Shown piece by piece: positions 40,601-52,600 of a stretch of DNA of 64,000 nt. Below the pieces are notes generated by a model. It saw nothing but the letters and a program-made list of their open reading frames with translations, did no database searches and had not been told where the DNA came from. The stretch is taken from positions 124,001-188,000 of the forward strand of contig NMRA01000074.1 of assembly GCA_002633005.1 (NCBI GenBank), given 5' to 3'. Positions within the stretch are counted from its first letter, which is position 1. Each line of letters begins with the position of its first letter. This stretch comes from Phoronis australis (lineage: Eukaryota > Animalia > Phoronida). Both the position numbers and the translations under genes were made by a program.

Positions 40601-43600
40601 ATAGGAACCTTTAAATTCATACGATCATTAGTCAGAAGCTAAAATAGCTGTAGTACTTGTCATGACGGCAGGTATACTGTAGAATATCACCAGTTTAGAA
40701 CACAATATGGTGGAAATATAATATAATTTCATTTCATCATTTTTCCATACAAAATGTATAGCACCAAATTAATGCTTTTTCATGTTGAAGGTCTGTACCA
40801 CAGCCACCACCATACAATATTCAGTAAAATTGAAGGCATTCACTGAAATGTCAGAAGCCCTTTGAAGATTGAAGCAAGAGCAACACGGAGCGTTGAAATG
40901 CACAACAATAGCACTGCAGTGTGCTTCCATGGGTGTTTTCAGTACCGGGATTATCCGTAGATAAGCCCATGGGCGTGTATTTGGAAAATGAAAATTTCCA
41001 GGTGTTTCAGTAAAAAGGGGTGTGTAAACGGAAAGTCGTAACCTCGGCTGGTATGAAAATATCAGCGATTTTTTTGCATAAAACTGTGCATTTCAAGTTA
41101 ATATTTAATATAATAATTAAATACACAGTTCGCCAACACTCCAATCATTTTAGTGATAAACGCTCCACAAAACTGAATTTGTGGCTCAAAGTTGATGCTG
41201 AGTGGACTTTTAAGAGGAATATTTCCAAATAAACGCTTTACTTTCGGGACACTTGACACCAAAAGCTGTAACACCAGGTAAACGCCCATGGGCGTTTCAT
41301 TGGGTAGGCTTATTTAATGGAAAATCCTGGTATATTAAAAATGACCATTAGATGGTGCAGAATGCTTCAAACCCATCCAAACTGAGAAGGTGGTGTCGTC
41401 TCTGTAATACACAACTATTTGCCAAATTTCATGAAAATAAGCTAAGGAACTCTTAAGATATAGAGGCAAACTTAAAAAACAATAGACACTAGGGGGCACA
41501 GCTATAGTCCGCTTGGCAAGAAACTCATCGTCATCTGTTGCCATCTCTATTGAAGACCATCTGCCAAATTTCACAAAGACCTTTCAAATGGTTTAGGAGA
41601 CACAGTCACAGATCTTTATTTAATATTATCATTATTCAAATGCAACCCAGGAATATTCAGAGTCTCATCTCTATGAGTGTTATGGATGTGAAGTCTTCAA
41701 GACCATTCACACATTGGACAAAACAGCAATTAAAATCAGCTGAGACTGCTACTCTTTTATTCCATGAGGGAAGGCGCATCTGGAGGTGAACCAAGTCCGT
41801 GAGAAATGGACGAAATGGCTGTACACCAACAACCTCAACATACGGTTTTTGGATCCAAAAAATGGATCCTTATTTAATGTATGATCATTTAAATGGAACC
41901 CAGGAATATAGTAAATAGTCTCAGGAAGTAAACAGTCCTTGTTTTTGCTACTAAGATCCTATTGCAACCAGTATGAGAAAAATCAAAGAAAGAGTATTTT
42001 GTGTGAAGAAAATGCTTTAGAGGATAAGTTCCTTCCTGTTAATGTCCAGTGTAATGTGCAGTAGATAAAAAATGTTCAGGTAGGAATAAACAAAACTGAC
42101 GTCTTTCCTAATTTGATGTGCTCTGGCAGTATAACAGAATTGCGAAACATTGCTAAATTTTTGTTGAAATCAAATCAGAGGAGGTCAGAGACTGTTTAAA
42201 TATCATGTGTACTCTGCTACAGTTTGTACTGTCTAATACATGATTGTGAAAGGAGAAAGAGGTCTGATAGAGCAAAACTGTACCTTGGTTTCATGCTACA
42301 CAGTGCTAATGGCTGCTCAAGCACTGGCCTGGCACGGGGGGTCGTTGCCTCTTTGTCAAGCCCGACAACCTTAATGGACATCAAGTTGTACTTCTGGTCT
42401 ATGTTCTCCACACACGTCAGTTGGGCAGAGCCACCGCGTTCAGCAATGAACCTGGTAAGGTCAGAGGCAAATCACATAGGGAAGTGTATAGCTGAGTGGT
42501 GTTTGGACGGTTATCTCAAGAACTACAACAGCATGGTTAATGTAAACAGGTCTGCTCAATCTCAAGTGACCAATAAACAATTCTTCAGGCAACGAACACT
42601 TTTTTCTTTCCAAGTCCCCAGGTACTGAGCAAAAGAATTTTATGATTTGCACCCCTCTGATCTTACAAATTACGACTTTTCCACAGAGACCGGGGGCCCG
42701 TTCCAAGAAACGGACTTAAGTTCGTTTTTGACTTAAGCTAAGACTTGTCTCAACTTTCATACTTTGAAACTTCCACATCCGGTATGATAGTTAAAATCAA
42801 GACAAAACTTTTATCAAAATCTTAATTCAAACTTAAGATCTCTTTCTTCAAACGGTCTCCAGACAAATTGAAGTTCTATATTAAAATTTACAAGAATTTA
42901 AGATTTGTCTTAGCCAAGTCAGTTTTGTTGGAACAGGCCCCGGTTCTTTATAAGTCTGGCAACATCCAACTGAAGAATAATCATTGATGTACAAATCGTA
43001 AATGTTATAGTATAACAACATGCTATAACAATGTACTCACCTCAATATCTGGTCACTGTAGCCTGTCACATGGATGTCATTGGGATGGCATGACTGAGAT
43101 TTTTCGATTCTAAAACATTTAGAAAAAGGGACGACGTTTATTTAGTTTTCGGTATTTTTACTCATAGAAAATTCAAAATTTGTATTTAATACATTTAATT
43201 TTCCTGATGGCATAGCATATGCACTGAAATGCTGCATTAACAGACGAGTGAATTTAATGAATTATTAATCCTATAAGAATCAAATTGGAATTATAGTCTG
43301 TAAACAGGATTAACTAAATCATGAAAGTTTAAAAACACAGACAAATACTCAGACTAGGCTCTTCTAAGGTTACCTAGTAGGAGCATAGAAAAAAATGTCC
43401 AAGTTAGTTTAGATAACTTGGGAAGGTCAGATCTCAGAAATGGCTGATCGGATCCATATCAAACTTTTGAATGCCATGCTTTTACAGTGTTCTCAAAAAT
43501 ACCATTAGGAATAATTATCTTTTTTAAAATGTTCCACTTTTGTGCGAGGGGATATCAAATAAAGGACTTTAACAATTTTCACAAAAAAATCTTAAGTAAC

Positions 43601-46600
43601 TGTTGCATAATAACAAAATGATGCTTTAGAAAACTGTAACAGCACTTCTGAGATCTCATCTTGAAGATTTACTCATTCGACATGTTAACGATACTATTGT
43701 CTTGCTATCTAGCAAAAGACATCGTCACGTGACCCACTTACGAGGAGATTGGTAAAAAGAAAAAAATCACAGTCTACTTCTTGCTGTTCTTTTGTCTTAT
43801 CATTTCTTTTTCACAGCCTGTCACTACAATAACACAACCATACGACATGTCAATCTTACCCTGCCTTGGTGTGACCCAGGTTGACACTGACATACAGCAG
43901 GTTAGGGTTGATGTCAAACCTGTACTTTTGCAGGTACAGCCGGATGGGCTTGTCAAAGGAGGACGAGTTGGAAAGTACCACCATGTTATCCACCTGGATA
44001 TTATCAATTCATAAAAACATGCTATAGTGGTACACAACTTGGATCACAGCTTTGTTTCAATTTGACATCATGTGGTAACACTTCTTCAATTACGAAGACA
44101 GTATGGTGAAAGAAAGAAATTATATTTTGTCAATTGAAATTTCTTTGCAAAGCAAGAAGAAAATTAGACTTTCATTAGTAGCAGTTTGTGCTTTTAACAG
44201 CAGTCATTGAACAACATGGTCAAAATTTTGGAATACTGAAGAAGAAGAAGAAATCATGGTCAAAATTTTAATCATTTTACAGCACAGTGAGCCGTAGAAA
44301 AAGGAATGAACAATAGACTCGGCAATCACTTGTAATTAATAATAAATTGTTCATAAAGAAAGAAATTTGACCAGAGTTAAGAGACAATTTCATTGCACAT
44401 TACAAACCAAAACTATTCAGACAACATGACCCGGACTTTCTCCTCACGACAACAGGGTAGAAGTCTAATTCCCTGCTCACGAACGGGAATGAAAGGGAAT
44501 CAACCGCAACATTAGCAAGGGGACAAAGCCATTCTGTAATTAGTTATCCCACCATAATAGTCATTTCAAGCCATTTTTTGTTGTTAACAGACTTAGCCGT
44601 CGTGACGGGATATGGCATGTTGACAGATTACTGGACTTGTGTTGTATCGCAAAAGCCTCAGACAACAATGTGATGACAGAGTGTGTTACAAAGAGCATGT
44701 GGCACGAACTGTTACTAGAGGCCACTGGGATAAAGCACAATGTCGTTGTTCATCCCGCTACTTCAGAGCTGTCGGTTTCAACATTTTTGAACATTGTGAA
44801 CATGTCTCATCTGCATTCTTGGCTCCACAAAACCCACTCAGTAAGCTCCAGATGTTCAAGTTTATCACTGTAGACTTTAAATTTATTACACACTTCATCT
44901 AGATATTGTGTCAGCAATACCTGAAGTCTGTCTCGGAATATCTGCTTGATCTTATCTTCCATAGGGTTCTTGCTGCCAGATGGGTTTTGAGTATTGAGGA
45001 TCTGAAATATCACAAGCATACAACAAATACAACTTCAATTCAAACATGACTTTAAAATTGTTTGGCATGTGAAAAATTGTTATAAAACCCAATAGCTCCA
45101 ACTTAAATGTAACATGAGCTCACTGGCTCAATGCTCCTAGTGGCTCAGAGCATCACCTTATGCCAACAGACTGGCCATGTTGTCTGCGATGAAGCCCCAG
45201 CACCAACATCATCTAAGCTCATAATTTAAGCAAAATGATGCTAAAACAGATGTCTTTCCCTTCAATGACAGCAAACATGATTGTCAAGTATTGAGCCCCA
45301 GCTCCAGAATAATCTAAACTCATATCCCTCAAGGCCAAGACTGGTTGTATTGTTAAGTATAGACCCCTCAACACCAGCATAACCTAAACTCACCTCACTC
45401 AAAGTCAATACAGGGATCATATTATTAAGTATATAGATCAAATGCCAGCATAACCTACACTCAATTCACTCAAGGCCAAAACATTGATTGTATTGTTAAG
45501 TATAGATCTCCCAACACTAGTATAACCTAAACTCCCATCACTCAAGGCCAATACCCTGGCCCTATTGTTAAGTTTAGACCTCCAACACCAGCATAACCTA
45601 CACTTACATCACTCAAGGACAGAACACTGGCCATATTATCTAGTATGGTACCCTTCTCCAGCTCTACAGACTTGATGCCTCCTGTGCCAAACACGATCAG
45701 TTCACTCTCCTCACACGAGTGTTTACACATCAGTCCCAGTAGAACAGCCACCTCAATAATCTGAACATTAAAAAGTTAACTTTCTGTTTATACATGTCAC
45801 ACACACTCAACTTCAACAAACTGCATTTTGCGTACTAGACTGAGACACTTTGTACAGCCCATCTTTACGTAATTTCATTTGACGTCATGTTTTCATTTTC
45901 TCAAATTCATTTTGTTGCAAAAAGACCTTTAATCATTTAGCTTTTTCATTCACTAAAAACAAAAATATTTATTAAGTGGAAGAACTCTAACTTGATCTTG
46001 AGCAAAAATCAGAAACAACAAGCAACAGGTAACTACAATCAGGGCAATGTTTTGGTCACAGCACAGAGATCACCATCACATCATTTGCCGCTTGCGACAT
46101 GGTTCACAAAATTGTATTCAAAGTGGTTGAGATTATTACAGGCCAATTATCAATTGCCGAATTTTTCTTCATTGACTTGTGTAAGGCTTAAAGGCAAAGG
46201 CAACCTTTTTTAAAGTCTTTTTTAAATTGGCACGTACCTTATTGTTGCTAAAAAAGACATGGAAAAAGGTTGCCTTTGCCTTTGACAACAAAATATTTTC
46301 ACTTATGAATGCATTAAAGGTGAATGCCACCCAAAAACAGCCTATTTTGTATCAATTTAGATCAAGTAGTTCTACTCAACAACGGCATGTTCGGTTGCGT
46401 TACCCGACACCTGACGGCAGACGGAAGTGTTCAAATTATCCAATGACGTCATAGGTTTCACACGCAGTCTGTTCAGCAGTTCACAACACGGGTTACTGGT
46501 ATCAGCTTATCGCTTGAACTCATCGTTTAACACCAACAAATCATCTTATAAAAACGTGTTGTTTTATTTCGCTGTTCTGGATTTATTGGTATTTGGACAC

Positions 46601-49600
46601 ACCGTAGCCTACAAAGTTCGGCAGGCTAATTTACCAAGGTCCGTAGCAGGAGTTTGGGGTCTGTTCGGAGATAAATTTGAAGTATTCTTCCGTGAAATAC
46701 AGACAGGAGAACCTAGATCTGTGTTGTTTATACTAGTGATTTGAGTTCTAAAGACAAAAAACGCTCGTTATCCCGGCCAGTGGCTCGGAACCTGATCAGG
46801 CCCGTCGCGGCTGCATAAACATAAACCAGCTTGAGTTGGAAACTAAACCTCCAGTCACGAAAAGACTAGTGAGCCAAAGAAATAATGTGCACGTAATGTG
46901 AATTAGCCACGAAACTGAAAATCTACTTACTTGTCGGGGGCCGCGAAGTTGGGTTCCCCTTCCACAGACCGTCAGGACAAAGGTTGATGTACAGTAACAA
47001 TGATTTAAATAATGTATTTGTATTTCTAAATAAAGATCCTCCTAACCTGTGACCATAACATACAAAATTGAGTAATTGTTTCATACCGGCTGTCAGCAAA
47101 CATTGAATTAGCATGTGCTCACACGACCTCGGAGCCCCGTCAATTACCTTTGTTTCCGGCATCTAAAGCTAGTAACGCAGTGGTTTATTCACTGCTGGCT
47201 TCTCAACATTTGCACTTACGAATACTGTTAAGGCATTACAAATTGTATTGACGTTGTGGACCTTTTGAAAACAAAAAGGCGGGTGGACTAAAAAAAAACG
47301 GGGACATCACTGAATTGCACGTTTGTGCTTGTTTGGTGGACTTTTGTCTCATTTTCTTGGACTTTTTGTTTTTCAGGGACGGACCTTTTTGCCCACTTCG
47401 CCAAGTGGGGGGGCTCATTGAAGCCCCCCGAGACCCACCCTGGGTGTGCAACTCGCCCAGCACCAATCCCGACTTAGTAAAGAGCTCATCTGATGAAGAC
47501 TTCACGAGTCGGATCGTTAGGTTCCACAGGCTATCAGTTCTAACCGGAATACACTGATCAAGAAATACTAGAGAGGCGCCGTGAACATGCACAGGCAACG
47601 GAATGCGTGGATAGTTCTTTCAGGTAAGACGGAATTCGTCTGAGAAATCACTGTCGACCAAATGCCGGCCACAGACACCGAAATGTTTCACGGCCTCATA
47701 CTTGCTATTAACAGCGTACCTTTCATTCTTCTCTACCGCGAGCCACATCGTAAGCATTACGGGCTCTCGAGGAAGTCAAAAAAAACGACATACCCGCTTT
47801 TTTCGCAGCTTCATAGCAAGCACAATGCACAGCAATATAGCGGCATTCACTCTGCAGACAAACCAGTTATGTCGCTGCATCGTTTCTCACCTTCCTCACA
47901 TGTTAACGCGACACCTCTCGGCAAGGTGAGGTCGACTGTATAAGAGGCGATGTGGATATAGACCGATTAAGATGGTAAAAGAGACTAATTAAATCGAGTG
48001 GCATTCTCCTTTAAATACATATCATTTCCCCATTACATTCAATCCCGGAGAACTGACCTAAAGTCCGATCATATCTTTTTTGACTTTTTGTATTTGACAA
48101 GATCATATTTCCCCTCAGTTTGTCTTCTTTGTACATTCTCTTAAAAATTGGAAAAATAAATTACACAAAAATCATCCGATTACAAAAAATAACATGCAAA
48201 TGAACAAGGAATATTACAACAAAACAATCAGACGTAATGAGCAGACTACCTGTCTCGGCTTGCCTAGACCTCTTGCAGCGGTGCACGGTCGACACATGTC
48301 GGGTCGAAGGTCACAAAATATGACTGTGCGGCCTTTGATTGGACTGATATTGTACACTGTTGCTATTTTGACTGCTTTATCAAGGGCCTTGCGATACCGG
48401 TCCAGTAGGATGGGTGAGTACTGTGATTCTCTGAATTGGAGGAAAGCAGAAGTCAGCTGGTCCTACAAACGCTGTGATGTGCTTGTGAAGGGCGTAAACC
48501 AATTTTACATTTTGTGCTGTTTGGCGATGTTTCCAATATTGCTGATTAAAAATGAATTAACTAAAACTGAATTTGATCACGATTGGTTAAACTTCCATGA
48601 TTGTTTTGGTTATTGGGGTTAATCTTTTAGTTTTGGTTCAGTCTTTATTTCGGCAAGTTTGTGTTCCTAATTACAAAAAAACGAAAGTAACACGAAATTC
48701 AATGATTGTTTGGACGAGAAGATTCACCGCCGCCAACTTCATTGATTCGAAGTTTGCAGATTCAGCTCGAACTCATCAATGTTGCGGGGAATTTAAAATG
48801 TGCAATTGAGTTCTGAGTTGGGTTCTGTTAGCAAAAATTAAAGATCATGCAAGACTTAGCGATCGAGATATCGCCACTCATTACAAGCAAAGCACGTGAT
48901 CACATGTGTCTAGCATAACTTGCACAAGTCTTGCATCTACAGTAGGCAGCCCTGCTTTTACCACGATTTATCTAAGCAACTATCCCTCTGTGCATTTCAG
49001 TGTTTTCCAATGTTACATGGCCAAATAACGGTTTTTAAAGCTAGAAGAGTAATTCCCAGCACATCACTAGAAATATTTTTGATTGGAATTTCAGTTAATG
49101 TCAGGTAAAAATTGGTCAGCCAAACGGCAGTATAATTTTAATCTAAATGTCAGAAGAGTAAGTTGCTTCTGTCAGTCATTTTGTGATACAGAATCTATGA
49201 CTTCATCCTGTTTGATATTTTTGAGGAAGATTGGAAGGAACGCATCAGGAGATAATTAAAATTTACAACTTAATGTTATTAAAATAGAATTTGAAAAGTG
49301 AAGGCTATGTATATTGTTGTTTCCCAAAAGACAAGAGCTCTTTATTTTATCAGCTCAGAAAACAGATTATGCTGATTGTCCAGTCTCCATGCAGTAAAAA
49401 ATGAATTTCATTTTGTGTGTCATTGCATTTTATTCCATACGCGTTGAATGTTTAGGTTAAGGTATAGATTTGTTTCGTACCATTTTTTATGGCCCTAAGT
49501 GGATATTAAAGAAGTGCGGAACCGTTCAGCACATTTTGAGACTAAATAAGATAGTCTCATTTGAGAAAAAAAAAACGCCTTTAATTTAAGTTTTCCGTAT

Positions 49601-52600
49601 TCACCTATACTTCAACAGTGACCTCTGACATGGAAAGTTCAGAAGGTAGGTCAATGTCGACTCGACGTCGTTAGCTGGTTCAATCACCAAACTTTCGAAA
49701 AATAGTTTAAAGTAATACATAAAAACGCTCATCATACAATCAGGTCTCAATCGTAACATCTGGAACAGGACTGTTAATTACATGACAGTTCTGTCTCAGT
49801 TTTCATTTGCTAAATATTTTATCGTCTGCAACTTAGGCGCCGATTCCTCGATAACTACAATTATATCAAATATTGTTGTTATTTAACTATTTTCAGGAGA
49901 TGTTACAAGTTCAATGAAAATTTACCCTTGTTTTCATCTTTTTCATCCCTTTTCAAGTAATAAATTGTCTTATTTAAAACTTTCTTTTACTAGAGAAAAC
50001 TTGCAGCCTAACGCGCAAGTACATACATATAGGATGTGATCCACCACGTGAACAGTCTGGGTGAAGTATTTAAAAAATCTGTGGAAAAAATGAAAGAAAC
50101 TTAGAGATTCGAAGCGTATGGTTCGGTCAAGGTCGATACGTGGAATAATGTCAAGTGAGATATTACTTCATGTACACCAATCAAGGTACGTTTTCTGTTT
50201 ATATGTAATTATGATTTCCGAAGAGCACTCCATAATGAGGCTAACAATTTGTCTAGCAAAATAAAAATTTCTAATCATAATTAATCTGTTGAAGGAGCTC
50301 TCTGTTTTTACACATAATCCATTTTGGAAAGCATACAATGTTCATTTGGTAAAGCCTAATGGCATGGTTGCTATTTTTCAAATATTGCATATTTTTTTAA
50401 ATCTGCTGGAACACAAAATCATACAAAATATCCTGAAGTCAATTTTCATCAATGTCAAATGAATTGCTATACTGGGACTCCTAACAGTCTCCTCTAACAA
50501 ATAGATTTAACAAGATTAGATGTAATTTAAATATTAATTAATTACAAACTTCTTAATGACCAACAGATTATCATTTTTCATAGAACCACATTTTGGAACA
50601 TTCATTTGTCAAAAATCAAATACAATGTACAATTAAGAGTAGTACACATGAATTTGCATGATTTGTCATCTATTTTGAGAACATGGTCAAAGACAAATGT
50701 GGGTGATAATCATAAACTGCCGCCCCTCCCCCCAGCTGTAGTGCCCTCCAAGAATCAAGTGAGCCAAAAAGTAAGCCAACGTCACCACTCACTTGTTCTT
50801 GTTCTTCTTCTTCATGAACCAATTGGTGCTGTCAGTCTTGCCACCACCTCGACCTCGGCCACGCCCCCTGCCCCGCCCTCCACCTCGGCCACGCCCAGAC
50901 GTGCTCGTGGAATCGGAGTGTGCAGATTTCATCGCCTCGTTTACAAGCATATCCTCTGAACACAAAAAGTCAACAACAATGTAAACATTCATTACATAAC
51001 TTTTTACCACAACTACAAACTGTAAATTTAAAATTACGAAAAAGATTCACATTGTGAGCCACTATAACATGAAAAAATTTCGGTGACTCGAAAAAAGTAC
51101 TGAGCCCTTAACGTTGATAACTGTTAGCATCAATCAATCACAATGAGATGCTCAAAATACACTATGTGGTGCTAGTGTATCAACCATTAGCCTAATATAA
51201 CAAGAGCAACGCAGAGCGTTGAAATGCACCCACGAATGCATTGTGTGCTTCTAGGGAGTTTATTTGTATCATAAACATGGCCACTAAATAGTGCAAAATA
51301 TTTCGAATCCATCAAAAAACTGGAAAATGTCACAATTTTTTAACAGAAAGCTATTTACCACATTTCATGAAAATTTATCACCAGAAACTTTAGCAAAACG
51401 GAAAAAATGAAATTGCCAATTAGGGACAAAGGTTCATCAGATCCGTTGTTGTCTTCTGTTGTCAACGTCATATACCATTAAATATACTCGCTAAATTTAA
51501 TAAACATTCTGCAGAGGACTTAGGAGATACAGCCATGGGCGCAAAAACAAACAAAACTGCCACAAGGAGGCGCCACAGTAGTGAAAGTCGTCGGAAAATC
51601 ATCGTCAGCCATCACCTTCATGGTAAGAACATACATGCCAATTTTCGCAATCATCCTTAGAGTGGTTTGGTTGACAGAGGAACGGACGCCAAGAAACGGA
51701 CTCGAAATTAGTAACAATGGCCACTAGAAGGCGCAAAATGCCTCGAATTCATCCCAAAATGGGAGGATAACGTCATCTCTTAATAGATGCCTATGTGCCA
51801 ACTTTCATGAAAATCTGTTGAGGACCTTTAAAGATACAGCTTGGTAAACATAAAAAACTAAAATTGCCACTAGGGAGCACAACAATATTCATGTCAGTCC
51901 AAAACTCATCACCCTGTCATCAACCCCATAGAAAAACACCTGCCAAATTTCAATAAGATCCTGCAAGGGGTTCAGGAGATACAGCCGCGGACGCCAGACG
52001 CCCAGAAAGAGATGACGGCAAAATGCACCCACATAAAAATATGCGGGCGCATAAAAATCTCTATCAAGGAACTTCAGAAAAACAAAGGAAAACAGAACAA
52101 GAGCAACGCAGAGTGTTGAAATGCGCCCACAATTGCACCGCATACGGTATCCTTCTAGGGTTGTTTATTGGTACCATAAAGTGGCCAGTAGAGGGCATAT
52201 ATGTAGTATGTTGTACTTTGCAAAATGGAAAGGCATGGTCATTGTCTCTTCAATAGGCTAGGGGCAAAATGTAAGTAATCGTCATAATACAAGCACATCC
52301 TATACACCAGTTGCTTAAAGCACCACAGAAACATAGAACTAAAAACAAATTTACCAACATACAAGATAAGCACAGCATTAAAATGCCAGAAACAAATTTC
52401 TACTTGGAACTTTTCCTTCATAGTCACCAAGTAACACAAAGTATACACCTGAAGACCTATGAAAATACAGAGGTCAATGTAAAATACTAAAATTGCCACT
52501 AGAGGCATACCGGTAGTCAGAATCATCCTAAAGTCGTCATCGTCCGTTGTCAACATCACATAAATACACTTGCTAAATTTAGNNNNNNNNNNNNNNNNNN

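Noticed and set aside
48290-48340. vWA MIDAS motif expected after TROVE
   Set aside because: The sequence reads IFCDLRPDM rather than DxSxS, so I do not claim a metal site; degeneration here is not evidently unusual for TEP1.
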